From Octopus vulgaris (Eukaryota), in contig OX597817.1 of the NCBI GenBank assembly GCA_951406725.2, positions 98,332,001-98,396,000 on the forward strand: a stretch of DNA of 64,000 nucleotides, in the 5' to 3' direction. Under the pieces are notes generated by a model. The model saw only the letters and a program-made list of their open reading frames with translations. It did not search any database and was not told the DNA's origin. The translations under genes and the position numbers were made by a program. Below are positions 41,560 through 55,439 of this stretch, piece by piece; position 1 is the stretch's first letter; the number at the start of each line of letters is the position of its first letter.

Positions 41560-42410
41560 TAGGAACAGAGAGAGAAGGAAAGATAAGATGGTTGACCTGA
41601 GAGGGAGAGGAGAGAAGAGAAAAGCTGGTGGCAGATAAGCCAGGGGGGATAGAGAGAGAGACAAGGGGATTGACCTGAGAGAAGAGAGAAAGAATGGCAG
41701 GTCAGCAGGGAGAGAGTGAGTGGGATAGATGTGTGGTAGAAAGGAAGTAAAGGGACAGGGAGGAAAAGAGAGACAAGGGGATGGACCTTAGGGGTAGCAG
41801 GGAGAAGAAAGGCAGAGAGAAAAATGGAGAGGAAGAGAGAGGGCGGGATAGATGTTCCAGAGAGTGAAGTAAAGGAACAGAGAGGGTGGTGTGGAGAAAG
41901 AAGGAGATAGAGAGAGAGGAAAAAAGAGACAAGGGGGTGAACCTTAGAAGGAGCAGGGAGAGGAAAGGTAGGAAGAAAAAGGGGAGAGGGAAAGAGGGGG
42001 CGGGATAGAGGTGCAAGAGAGTGTAGTAAAGGGACAGGGAGGGTGGTTTAGAGAAAGAAATAAGGGGACAGAAGGAGGAAAAGAGAGAAAGAGGTTTAAC
42101 CTGAGAAGGAGCGGAGAGAAGATAGGCAGAGAGAGTAACAGAGAGAGAGAGTGAGAGAGAGAAAAAGAGAGAGGGAGAGAGAGAGGGCGGGATAGAGATA
42201 CAAGAGAGAATGAGTGAAGTAGAGGAACAGAGAGGGAGGATGAGATGTGAGAAAGTTGATCTGAGAGAGAGCAGGGGGGGGAGAGATGCAGAAAGAGAAA
42301 CGATGGCAGAGAGAGGGAGAGAGAAAGACAGAGAGCGGAAAAGAGGATCTGAGGGATGGAGAGACAGATAAGGAGGGGAGAATTGTAAGAAAAAGATAGA
42401 AAGAGTAAGG
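41560..42410. repeat. Purine-rich (GA) low-complexity tract with degenerate internal repeats, upstream of LINE ORF1
   Basis: gagacaagggga..gacct recurs near 41638, 41771 and 41926. Confidence 0.8.
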
Positions 42411-42734
42411 CAGGTTACACAGATAGTCAGGATTGAGAGAAGGAAACACACTGTATCATGGACGAATTTATATACAAACAGACGCGCGTTTAAAAATAAA
42501 ATTAGCGTATATTTTTTTATATCTATAACGCGATTATATCGATGTATTATTAGGCGATCTTAGAACAGGAGTAAGGCAGGTTACACAGATAGTCAGGATT
42601 GAGAGAAGGAAACACACTGTATCATGGACGAATTTATATACAAACAGACGCGCGTTTAAAAATAAAATTAGCGTATATTTTTTTATATCTATAACGCGAT
42701 TATATCGATGTATTATTAGGCGATCTTAGAACAG
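42402..42734. repeat. Perfect tandem duplication of ~166 bp
   Basis: gagtaaggcaggttacacagatagtcagg...ggcgatcttagaacag occurs twice. Confidence 0.92.
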
Positions 42735-43137
42735 TAAGATCGTCGATTATTAATAATAATAAATAATATTTTTTTTTTACTTGCATTTTGTAAACAAAAG
42801 AAAAGAATAGAGTTCCAATGTTCGTAGATGCAATATTTTATGGTTTGTTTTTTATGCTTTGATCCGCTTGCGAATTTAATATTTGAGTGATTCCGATATC
42901 AGGTAGTAGCTTTTTAGGGGTTTTCAAAAAACGTGGCTTTAGCACATGTGCTCGGTTGTTCGTGAGGTATGTTTTAGTTGCATATACTACATCAAAAGCG
43001 AAAATATTCTGTATTTATTTGTATTATTACAAATAATTTATTTACGTATATATATGTATATATATATATATAAATATACTTATATGTATATATCTCTGTG
43101 TATATATATTTATATATATGTATATATATATATTGAT

Positions 43138-43260
43138 ATATCACGTGATCACGTGACCGACCAGACCATCAGATGTTGTTACACATCGCTGGTCACAATG
43201 CGTTCGCATTGTTTTAGCCATCGAATGACGCCACCCCGCTGGCTAAGCGAGCAGGCCATA
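43138..43260. mobile_element. Short interspersed repeat fragment (unclassified)
   Basis: GC-richer island (cacgtgatcacgtg...gcgagcaggcc) inserted in a TA array. Confidence 0.35.
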
Positions 43261-43372
43261 TATTGATATATACATATGCATATATATATATGTATGTATA
43301 TATACGTATATATATATGTATGCATATATATGGATGTACATATATCTCTATATCTATCTATATATATGTATA

Positions 43373-43440
<68 letters not shown>

Positions 43441-43970
43441 AAAGTTAGATATGTTTCGACCAAAGATTGGTCCAGGCCATGTCTAACTTAATAGCACCAC
43501 CTGATAGGATTATCTAAATCCTGTTTAAGTCAAGTTTTGTTTATGGTCCATTCAAGTAGTGAGTTCTTGTTGGGTGAGTTGTATCCAATTATGGGTGGCT
43601 TATCTGGCATTCCTTGAAGGAATCTATCCAGACTCTGTTTAAAGTTGATGGGATCCTTTTCCTCTTTGATCTCTTTCGGGACAATGTTAAATAGGGCAGG
43701 ACCTGTTGAGGAAAAGAAATTATGTTGCAGTGTACATGTATGCTGTGATCCTGAATTGGGCAGGGAACATATGGCCCGTGGTCCCAGTCTTGGATGAACC
43801 TTGAAGCTAATGTTCTGGTCATTTGGGCAAAGTTGGTGGTATGTTCTCCAAATCGTACAAATGATGTACCGCTTGCGGCGACGCTGGAGAGAGTAGAGTT
43901 TCAAGGATTTAAGGCGGTCCCAATAATTGAGAACAGCCATGCCTTCAATTCGTTTAGTGAGTGCCCTCTG
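43441..43970 (-). mobile_element. 3' fragment of a more divergent CR1-like LINE
   Basis: YWDRLKSLKLYSLQRRRKRY, GPALFNIVP, FK..LD.FL...PD.P; tail ggtggtgc...catggcctggaccaatctttggtcgaaac. Confidence 0.85.
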
Positions 43971-44072
43971 GGGTGATTAAGTATATATATATATTTATAT
44001 ATATATATAGTTTAAGTATATATATATTTATATATATATATATATATATAGTTTTAGATATATGTACATATT

Positions 44073-44125
<53 letters not shown>

Positions 44126-44231
44126 TTATTTGTGTATATATATATATATGTACATATTTGTGTATATATATATATGTACATATTTGTGTATATATATATA
44201 TATATGTACATATTTATGTATAGATATATAT

Positions 44232-44458
44232 GTATGAAGGACCTGAGAGACCTGCATGGGGTGGATGCAGATGTCTTTAAAATAAAACTGGATCTCTTCC
44301 TGTCAGGTGTCCCAGATGAACCAACTTCATGGCAGGAGGTGCAGATGAGGGCAGCTGCATCGAACTCTCTCATGCACCAAATGGCAATTGCTAAAAAGCA
44401 TTCGTGAAGTAAAATCATGTAGCAACACTGAATGGCTGAGCTGAAACTAGATGAAATA
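44232..44458 (+). mobile_element. CR1-like LINE 3' fragment
   Basis: [29 protein letters not shown]. Confidence 0.88.
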
Positions 44459-44495
44459 TAAAATATAAATATATATATATATGTACATATTTATG

Positions 44496-44535
<40 letters not shown>

Positions 44536-44570
44536 TTATATTCGAAATTTTGGAGATGATGTACAGGTTT

Positions 44571-44707
44571 TATATATTAGAAGAAATGAGGTACTCAGAA
44601 ATCAGGATGGTTTTATATTTACAGATATTTATTATTATGTTACATGTTTTTATAAATCATATATCATATAATATCGCTTTCGTCCACTCTAGTGGAGTCT
44701 TCAAATT
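44571..44707. repeat. Left arm of a ~140-bp inverted repeat pair (partner 47176-47318); pLTR-like with decayed hammerhead
   Basis: ctcagaaatcaggatggttttatatttacag...ttcgtccactct is inverted at 47193-47295. Confidence 0.82.
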
Positions 44708-47175
44708 GAACTCTTCAATGACTTATTCATACTCAAGCCAACTAGGGCGAATAACATTCTGGATCTCTGCTTGACGAACAATATGGACATCATTCATGAT
44801 GTGAAAGTGACACCAACATCAGTTTCGGATCACAACAGAATAGAGCTGTCTATGTTTGGGCCAAAAGTAACCAGAGACATATAGCCTAAAGGAAGCACCC
44901 GAAATCTCTCCAATCTGAACTTCCACAAAGCAGATTGGAAATCGATACAAAAGGAGATCCTCAGAGAGGACTGGCCGGAATGTCTCTCCACACCAGACAT
45001 TGACATGAAACTAGAATGTTTCATGTCTTCTGTACAAGCCGTATGCCAGAAATATGTCCCAGAGCACAGGGCCAAAACAAATAGGAGCAAGATTCCAAGA
45101 GACAGGAAGATCCTCATGAGACGACGGACGAAGGTTACAAATCGTCTCAACCAACATCCCAAAAGTAGCGAAATGTCCCGCCTAAAAACAACACTGATGG
45201 AGATCGAAAAAAGGCTGCAAGGAGAAGCAGACAAAGAAACCTGGGTTATAAAAAATATTAAATCAAACCCAAAGGCCTTCTTTCATTATGCGAAAGAAAC
45301 AGTCTCAGTGCACTACAAGATAGGACTCCTCCTCCAAAAGGATGGCTCCCTCACAGACAGTCCAACTAAGATCAATGAGATGCTGAATGACCAGTTCAAA
45401 AGTGTCTTTACCACCCCGTTGGAACACAGACAAGTGAACGAACCAGTGGACTTCTTTGCCGCTTCACCTACAACCAGCGAGGCGGTTACAATAGGATGTA
45501 TTGACATTAGCGAAAAAGATGTCCTACTAGCCATAGATGAAGTGGACACAAACTCAGCTGCTGGTCCAGATGGTTTCCCAGCCATCCTCCTCAAAGCGTG
45601 TAAGCATGCCCTGGCAAAACCCCTCAAGATTCTCTTCCAGAGCTTTCTTGCGAATGGCAAACTGCCAAGCAAGTTGAAGGAGGGAATAATATGCCCAATA
45701 CATTAAGGGGTAAGTAGAGCAGATGCCAAAAACTATAGGCCTATCTCTCTGACTTCACACATCAGCAAAGTCATGGGACGGATAGTCATAAAGAAACTAA
45801 TCGTATTCCTTGAGGAAAATTTCTTGCTGAGTGATACCCAGCATGGTTTTCGACCAGGTAGGAGCTGCCTGACCCAGCTCTTACAACATTATGACTGGGT
45901 GTTGTGGCAGTTACTCAACAAATCAAATGTGGACGTAATCTACCTTGATTTTGCAAAAGCTTTTGGTGGATCATGGTATGATATGCCACAAACTGCGTGA
46001 CCTCAGCATAGCTGGAAAACTTGGAGTGTGGTTACATGACTTCCTGAAAGATAGGAGTGAGGCAGTAGTGGTTAATGGAAATACGCACAAATAGTGAGCG
46101 GTGTTCCACAGGGCACTGTCTTGGGACCACTGCTTTTTATAGTGGCCCTCTTAGATATGCCCTCAAATGCCCGGATAGCCACTCTGGCCAGCTATGCAGA
46201 CGATACGAAAGTCTCGCAGAAAATGCAGAACCCCAGCGATGTTGCACACCTGCAGCAGGAGTTGGACTCAATCTACAGATGGGCTGAGGATAATAATATG
46301 CAGTTTAATGCTGAAAAATTCCAGGCCCTGTGCTACCAGCATCCAAAACTGAATATTAAACTTACAGGATACACCGGTCCACAGGGAATTTCAATCCCAG
46401 AGCCTAAGTCTGTGAGGGACCTGGGTATCGACATGAGTGATGATACCTCTTTCCAAGTGCACATTACCAGGATGGCGACAAAGTGCAGACGACTGGCTAG
46501 GTGGATCCTAAGAACATTCAGAACCAGAGATAAGGAAACCATGATAGTTCTCTGGCGGACATTCGTCCTCAGCCGCCTGGATTACTGCTCACAGCTATGG
46601 TCACCCACCAGTGTAAAATTAACAGCGAACCTTGAAGCAATCCAGAGAAGATTCACAAAGAAGATCGTATCTTTGCAACAGCTCAGCTACTGGAAAAGGT
46701 TGAAACTGCTAAGACTCTACTCCCTGGAGAGAAGACGGGAGAGGTATGCAGTAATATATGTCTGGAAGATCCTGGAAGGAATTGTGCCAAATTTTGGCAT
46801 TGTAAGCTACACCAATGCTAGAACTGGACGACACTGCAAAATGCCAAAGATCCCAGCAATGCCATTACGCTTCAGGACCAGCTTCTGCAACAGCCTGGGT
46901 TTCAAGGGCCCACAGCTTTTTAATATTCTCCCAAAGAGTCTGAGGAACTTGCACAAAGTAGATGTAGCAGTTTTTAAATTAAAGCTGGACATCTTCCTCT
47001 CGAGAGTCCCAGATGAACCTACCTCACGGCAAGAGGTGCAAATGAGAGTAGCTATATCAAACTCCATTCTTCACCAAGTGCCACATATTAGACGAGGTTC
47101 TTCGAAGTAACTGTGTAGCACAAAACGGCGGTGCATCAGCATGGCCGCAGCTCTGGGCTGAAACTAGAGAAAAAA
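44708..47175 (+). mobile_element. 5'-truncated CR1-like LINE (third subfamily), disrupted ORF2
   Basis: ORFs 45005-45706, 45773-46000 and 46094-47110 carry RT motifs; tail catggccgcagctctgggctgaaactagag. Confidence 0.93.
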
Positions 47176-47318
47176 AAATTGAAAACTCTATTAGAGTGGA
47201 CGAAATCACTAATATATGATATATGATTTATATAAACATGTAACATACTAATAAATATAAAATACTGTAAATATAAAACCATCCTGATTTCTGAGTGTCT
47301 CATTCCCTCTAATATATA

Positions 47319-47822
<504 letters not shown>

Positions 47823-48014
47823 AAATAAGAAAATGGAGGAATAGATTTCTTTCAATCCTCAACTTCCAGATAATACCAATTTATATAATTTATTAACTAA
47901 TTTTTTAGATTAAATAGGAACATACAAATCCAACAGAATAAGACAGAATAAAACAATATAACAATATACATCAATAAGTAAGATAATACCATAAGAATAA
48001 TACATATAAAATGG

Positions 48015-48140
48015 ATCTTACAGCTATTTCATCCTGTAGATAAGAGTATCTCATTATGCCCATATTAGTCAGATGTATTGAGGTAATATGCAGTTAAAAA
48101 TGACTTACTTATATATATATCTCAAGGCCTCGTCAGAGAT
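48015..48140 (-). ncRNA. Hammerhead ribozyme in the 3' pLTR (stems II/III slightly mutated)
   Basis: Minus strand: atct CTGACGA ggcct...aggat GAA atagctgT A agat. Confidence 0.72.
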
Positions 48141-51100
48141 TATAAAGTACAATTATAAAGATATAAAATGAAGATATAAAATGCAAATATGAATATTAAA
48201 CAAGGTACTTACTTAGTTAAAACTAAACAAACAAATATACAGTCCACCCAATACCAATAAACCTGTAAAATGCAACAAAAGTCTGAATCCAATATAGGTA
48301 GAGGAACATAAGTAAATATATATATGCACATACATATATACACTCATATATGTATATAAAGATCCTCATGCACGCGTGCATACAGACCTACAAACATCCC
48401 CATATATGCATACTATACATATACAATATACAAACAAATAAGCATGTATACACAGACAAGAACGTTCATACATACACACATACATATGTGCTTATATACC
48501 CACACATAAATATACATACATATAAGTAACATATATATACATACATATATATAAACATATACATAGCTACATACATATATATATAAATATATTTATGCAT
48601 ACACACACACCTATACATATATACATTTATACATACATTCAAATACATACATACACCCTACTAGAATAGACATACCTATATATCCACATACATACAAACA
48701 TACGCAGACATACTTACATGCACAATCATAAATACAGATATACATGCACGCCTACACATGCACATACACATACACTCAGGCATACACATACACAAATGTA
48801 CACATATACATATATATGTTATAATAAATTATAAATTATAAATTATCGAGTGTCAGTAAATAAAAAAAGTACAAAAACAAAAAAGTACAAATAAGTACAA
48901 ATATACATAAAAAAAACTTAATATTGAAGACCACCAAGTGGATTCATACAAAGACCTACATGAAATTTAGATATACGTACACACTTACATATGTATGTAT
49001 ACACATGTACGCATCTAAAGGTGAACACCATGTGTTTAATATATAGACCCAAACTAAGTACAGATCAATACACCGAAGTCCCAAACTAAATGCATATGAT
49101 ATGGTGTACGTATATGTGCGAGACCAGTAGAAAATTCGATGTGGATAAAAATATATATATATATATCAAAATATACAGATATATTCAAAAACAAAATAAA
49201 ACAAAACACTTATACATAGAAATATAAAATTAGAATGCCCATGATTAATGGCAGAATTAGTATTCCTAGATAAAAACAGTAATAAGTCTATAACAGCTAT
49301 TTAGGTCATTTAAAATTACTGATTTAAAACTAAGTGCTATTTAAATCTAGAGAAAGTATACGCTAGCCTATGAAGGAAAGACCCATTACGCTCCTTAATA
49401 ATAGGTAAATTAGCTTTGATAATAAAGAAAATTTCATTGATGCATAAAGAGCATTTTCTAGTTCTATTATTATACGCTGATGCAGAAGTAAGTATTTTCC
49501 AATCTATACTCTTGCTCTTAAGCTCCCAAATATATGTACTTAACCCTGTAGAATTAATCCTATTTCTATTCCTACTATTGTTAGTAGCACCAATATATAC
49601 CCTACTATCATATTGTGTACTCACAATACATTGGTAAACCACCTCTTTTTTCAAGCATTCATTATTGAACACACAGTTGTCTTTAATTCTGCAATTGCAG
49701 CTGTTATCTGATTGAAAAAGTTTAACCTTATTACGATTCTCGGCATCAATATTATTATTGATAATGTTAACATCATTCTCAATACTTATTCCTATATTCA
49801 ACGGTGGTCTATATTTAACATTATTAATATTATTCAAATCGTTAGAACTACTACTACAAATACCAATATCATCAACCAAGTTGCTATTCATCGCTACAGA
49901 AATAGCGCTATTATTACCTCCGTACGGGCTGCTCACACTCGCAATGTTAAAATTATTAAATCTCAAGTTGTAGTGAGGCACATTACTGCTACCCATGTTT
50001 ATCTTTCTATCACTATAGAAATGGTCTAATTTTCTATTATCAAAGGAGGATATAATGGTGGCTAAATTATGAGTAAGGCTGTATCCTATTCTAATAGTTT
50101 AATTATTATTAATTATGTTACAATATTTATTCTTTCCCTTCTCAAAATGCTTGTACAATAAACTATGGATAATTCCAACTATGTCAGTTTTAATTTGCAT
50201 AGCATATGGAATTATCAGCCATAGTGCATCATTTCCACTATGTGGGTTACCTATCAAATTCCTATTATTAACAAATACCCTATTCCTCTTACTTCCCCTA
50301 CACTTTCTATGATTTATATTACCAAAATTATGACTAAAATCCTTGTCATAATTGGTATTGTTACTATGGTGTAAACAAGTTTTTCAATTTCCGTAAATAT
50401 TATTAATATTATTTTTATGTTTATTATTATTAATATTATTATTATTAATATTAATGTTATGTGCTAAGTTATTTAATATAAGATCATTAGCTCTGTTTAC
50501 ACCGTTACTTGTATTATTACCATTCACAATATTATATACCTTATTGCTCGTTACCCTAGAGTTGCCATTATCCCCGCCCAATCCATTTGTATTGTAGTAG
50601 TAGATCTACTTCTATTCCTAAGGTTGTTACTAGGTATATACTTAATTTTACCCGTATAACCTGCCTTATGTAATGCAGAGTTATATTTTTCACTATGTCT
50701 ATTAAATATATCCACGTTCGAGGATAGATAAGAGATTCTCTGACTAATGCTAAGCAAAAGTGACCTTTTAATTTGAGGGGGGTGATTGCTAGAGTAGTTT
50801 ATAATTAGAATTAGGTTTAAAATAAGGTTCATGTATCCCATTTGTAAGGTTGCAATTAACATATAAATAATTGACAGAGTAATTTTCATTTTCAATAATT
50901 ATAGATAAACCAAAACTCTTTAAAAATTTGTGCAGTCGTTTTTTCAGTAAATCTAGTCTTCTATTAGATTTATTCTTAACTAAAAACAAAGCATAGTCTC
51001 TATATAGGCCGCCCTTCAATTCAGGGAATTCCTTATTTAAATTATCTAGTAAATACATCCCTACTAAATCTGTCACTTCCGCTGAATCCGGCGATCCCAT

Positions 51101-52606
51101 AGTGATGTCAAATAAGTTGGGTGTGTCCTTCCTAGCCCATAATTTATCAAATTCTATTACTGTTTTTCTAGCCGTTAAAATAACCTTGATTTCCCTCATG
51201 CTTATGATAGTGTGTCTCCTAGCAAAAATTAAAGCCTGGTTCAGTATAATAGGGTTTATAGAAGAGTAATAGTTCTGTATATCTAGTTGGATAAATTTAT
51301 TGTTACTATCATTACTAACCTTAATGCTAGAGAACCAATCCAGTGTACCCTGTATATTTTTCCAAAGACAGCTTAATTTTGTTTCGTATAGTTGGTAAGT
51401 ATTTGTCAAGGATTAGTTTGCTTAATTTACCTAAGTCAGACTTGGTAGGACAAATCAGTCTAACCTGTGTATTACCAAGGAAATTATCCTTGTGATCCTT
51501 AATTATAATTCTCGGTCTAATGGGAGTATAGGGTTCAGTTTTATCTTCTAGATAGTAACCAAACATGATTTCCTTAGCCTCTAAGTTTAATTTTCTGAGT
51601 GTATCAAAGGGTACAATCTTATACTTCTTCGTAATTTCTTTATGCAATAATTCGTGGTATGTAAGAATGTCAATATTGTAAATGTTACTAGTTTTGTCAG
51701 AATGGGTTAATATACCATTCTTACCCTTAAGAGTTCTTATTAATTCCTTTAATTTTCTTTGGTACGGATTGTTCCTCAATGGGTGGTTTTTAAATTTAAT
51801 ATTTCTGATGGTGTCCCATAATTCCTGCTCGAAGTTTTCCAGATGTTTGTTTGGTGGTGGTGATTTCTTAGATTTGAAGGTGTTTCCCGTTAGTTTAATT
51901 GCTTCCTCATAGTTACTTCTTGTTCCATTAAGGTTGGGGTCATTACTTCCTTCCTGGTTCACTTTTCTAATATTTTTTTCATGGTGGAATACTTTCCATC
52001 TAATCCTGCGTATAAAATTGTTTATTCTGTAAATAAGCTCTTTAGTGTAGTGATCCTTAGTTGGAATGGGTACATCTTTCATTGATGAATTGATCAGGAT
52101 CTTCTCCATTTTACCAGCAGTAATCATCCTGTGGAATTGATGTACTATACTTGGATGCATTCACTTATACCATCTGAGTAGATACTTCATGTACATAAGT
52201 ATTAGCAATTCAAATTCCTCAGAAAAATAACTTAAAAGTACAAAGTGAGATAGGGGTTATGAGTGTAACCCACTATGGGATATCATTTATCCAATATACT
52301 GCCAGTAAAGTACCCAGAAGGCTAATACATAAATGCTAAGAATTGCAATGCAATTAATTGATTTATTGTATTATATGGGGAAGGTAAAATGTTTTACCTC
52401 AAATTCATTATACAAAGTAAGAAAATGGAGGAATAGATTTCTTTCAGTCCTCAATTTCCAGATAATACCAATTCATATAATTTATTAACTAATTTTTTAG
52501 ATTAAATAGGAACATACAAATCCAGCAGAATAAGACAGAATAAAACAATATAACAATATACATCAATAAGTAAGATAATAACATAAGAATAATACATATA
52601 AAATGG

Positions 52607-52732
52607 ATCTTACAGCTGTTTCAGCCTGTAGATAAGAGTATCTCATTATGCCCATATTAGTCAGATGTATTGAGGTAATATGCAATTAAAAATGAGTTAC
52701 TTATATATATATCTCAAGGCCTCGTCAGAAAT
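52607..52732 (-). ncRNA. Type I hammerhead ribozyme in the 5' pLTR
   Basis: Minus strand: attt CTGACGA ggcct...aggct GAA acagctgT A agat. Confidence 0.85.
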
Positions 52733-52914
52733 TATAAAGTACAATTATAAAGATATAAAATGAAGATATAAAATGCAAATATGAATATTAAACAAGGTAC
52801 ACATATACAAAAATATGCATATGTACATATTTACATATACATATAAGTGTATATACACCTAAATATACATATATATAAGTATATACATAATAATATGCAT
52901 ACACATAAACCAGA

Positions 52915-54790
52915 TTATAAATGAAACCATTAAAAAATCACCAAAGACGTACATACATACACCAAACCCGGGGAACCTAAAACTACGACCCATTGTAGCT
53001 GGCCCAGCCTATGAAACACACAGACTAAGTCTATTTATGGACATCCTCCCGAAACCCTTCCTTAAACACATCGATAGCCATATCAGAGATGACTTGGATA
53101 TGTTATGTCACCTTCCAAAAAAGTCAAGGAAGAAACAACCATGGTTTCATTTGATGTAGTTAATTTATATACCAGTATACCTCATAATTATGGACTAGAG
53201 GCAATTCAGTTCTGGCTGGACCAATTTCTGGAAGAAATATCAAAAAGGATCAGTAAAGAATTCATTACTAAATTGGTTGCATTCATCCTACAAAATAACC
53301 ACTTCATGTTTGACAATACGTTTTACCGTAAAAAATCCGGAATTGCTATGGGTACAAGGGCAGCACCAGTCATTGCAAACCTAACAATGGGCTACCTGAA
53401 GGTAATAATATACCAGGAATCTTTATCGACCTTTGGAAACCCCCTTTCCCAATACATAAAAGAGAAATGGAAAAGATTCCCAGACGACTGTTTTATATTC
53501 TGGAATGAAAACACAGATAAACTCTTAAAATTCAAAAACCTATTGAACGGCGTCAACCCAAACATACAGTTCACAATGAAATACTACCAAAAGGAGCTTC
53601 CATTCTTAAAAAATTAACCTAAAAATAGAAACAGACATATTTTACAAAACCACAGATGCCAAACAGTACCTACTTTTTGATTCATGCCACCCAAAACACA
53701 TTAAAACAAACATCCCCTTCAACCTTGCAAGAAGGATATGCACAATAGTGTCAGAACAAAATACCAGAAACTTTAGACTACAAGAACTCAAAAACACCCT
53801 AATTGACAGACACTACCCAGTTCAACTCATAGAGGATGGAATCAGACGTGCAACAGAAATCAACATAGAAACTTTAAAAAGTTCAACACAGCAACACACA
53901 TTCCCCGAAAATACTGCCTTACATATCCACATACAACCCCAGAAACAAAGAAGCCTTCACCATCATCACCCAGAATTTACCAATGCTTCATAAGGACCCC
54001 AAATTAAAGGAAATTTTAAACATACATAAAACCATTAAAAGCTACAAACAACCTAAATCACTAAAAAAGATCCTCACAAAGGCAAAATTGTTTTCTGAAA
54101 TAACGGATGCAAAAGTCAAAAAATGTGGTAGACCAAACTGCGCAAGATGCCCAAACCTTCTAGAAGGATCAGAATTCCTCTTCAAAGAGGGACAAAAATT
54201 CAAGATCAAATCTAATTTTACTTGAGCTTCAGAAAAGCTAAGATACTCGGGCTGCCACCAAAACTACATAGGGTCCATGGTATTATCGCTCAGACGCAGA
54301 TGCACTCTGCATCGACAATAGATTGCATTCCCAGAATACAGAATGATACACTTTAGTAAACATTGAGGAATGCGCAAAGCAACTACTACCACGATTTTTA
54401 ATCTTTCCATTCTATCAATGTGCTATTGGAACACCAACACAAGTTAGATTAAGCAAGGAAACATTCTTCATTAAAAAATATAAGCCAAAACTTAACCATT
54501 TCTAACATTTTTAAACAAGGAAACTCATCTCATTGAAAAAATATAAAGCGATTATCTCCCTTATACCGGAAGAAATCCCTGATTACCTTCCCCTGCCTGG
54601 AACCCCATACTACATAGCGAAGACATGACACGGTGTAGATAAAGAACTTTGAAAAGAAAATACGAAACCGGTTATTTCTCCAAAAACTATCTTACTATAC
54701 AAAAATTTTTATAACACTTTTCTAACATAACGACTTAAATATATTCTTTAACCTTATAACACAAGCCTTCTGTAGTTTTTTCACTCATTT

Positions 54791-54800
<10 letters not shown>
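52915..54800 (+). mobile_element. Degenerate 5'-truncated Penelope-like element (Neptune-like)
   Basis: [41 protein letters not shown]. Confidence 0.9.
54643..54679 (+). ncRNA. Minimal hammerhead (1-bp stem II), U3:A8 variant
   Basis: agaact TTGAAAA g aaaata c GAA accggT T atttct. Confidence 0.62.
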
Positions 54801-54839
<39 letters not shown>

Positions 54840-54902
54840 TATGTATAAATATAGACACACATATATATGTATGTGTATATATAAATATATATATATATAC
54901 AT

Positions 54903-55370
54903 AGGAACAAGATTCCAAGTGGGATGAAGAGACGACGGACGAAGGTTGCAAATCGACTCAACCAACATCGCAAAAGTAATGAAATGTCCCGCCTAAAAAC
55001 AATACTGATAGTGATTTTAAAAAACCTGCAACAATCCTATGTGAGGGCGAGAGAAAGCAAAGAAGCCAAGATTATAAAAAAAACAATAAGTCAAACTCAA
55101 AGGCCTTCTTTCAGTACACGAAAGACACAGCCTAAGTACGCTGCAAGATAGGACCCTTCTTCCAAAAGAATGGTTCCTTCACGGACAGTTCAACTGGGAT
55201 CAGTGAGACACTGAATGACAAGTCCCAGATTAACCTACCTCACAGGAAGAGGTGCAAATGAGGATAGCTACACCAAAATCCATTCTTCACCAAATGCCAC
55301 ATATAAGAGTAGCAAAACAGCTGTGCATCGGCATGGCCGCAGCTCTGAGCTGAAACTACAGAAGAAAAAT
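54903..55370 (+). mobile_element. Internally deleted CR1-like LINE fragment
   Basis: Mid-ORF2 sequence (MKRRRTKVANRLNQH) joins the 3' end at ~55222, skipping the whole RT domain. Confidence 0.82.
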
Positions 55371-55404
55371 AATGTATATATATATGTATATATATTTATA
55401 TCTA

Positions 55405-55437
<33 letters not shown>

Positions 55438-55439
55438 TA

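Larger units (their letters stand above)
37627..42950 (-). mobile_element. Near-full-length CR1-like LINE copy B (5' UTR + ORF1 + ORF2, disrupted)
   Basis: ORF1 pieces 41174-41539 and 40900-41337; ORF2 pieces from 40704 down to 37697; (TAAGGATT) tail at ~37630. The 5' boundary is uncertain. Confidence 0.92.
47826..52800 (-). mobile_element. Full-length-like Penelope element (Naiad-like motifs) with ~383-bp direct pLTRs (47826-48208, 52418-52800)
   Basis: Fragmented ORF 52160 to 49337: SDKT, RLICPTKSDLGK, DIQNYYSSI, DITMGSPDSAEVTDLVG, GLYRD, SNHPP, Asn-rich insert, CNCR..C..C..VVY..YIG, CSLC. Confidence 0.92.

Noticed and set aside
41702-42451. 249-aa Leu/Ser/Pro-rich ORF
   Set aside because: Translation of a CT-rich low-complexity tract.
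43441-43500. Hairpin + GAAAC at LINE 3' ends as a hammerhead
   Set aside because: There is no CUGANGA-like core upstream; it is better explained as the LINE 3' recognition stem-loop.
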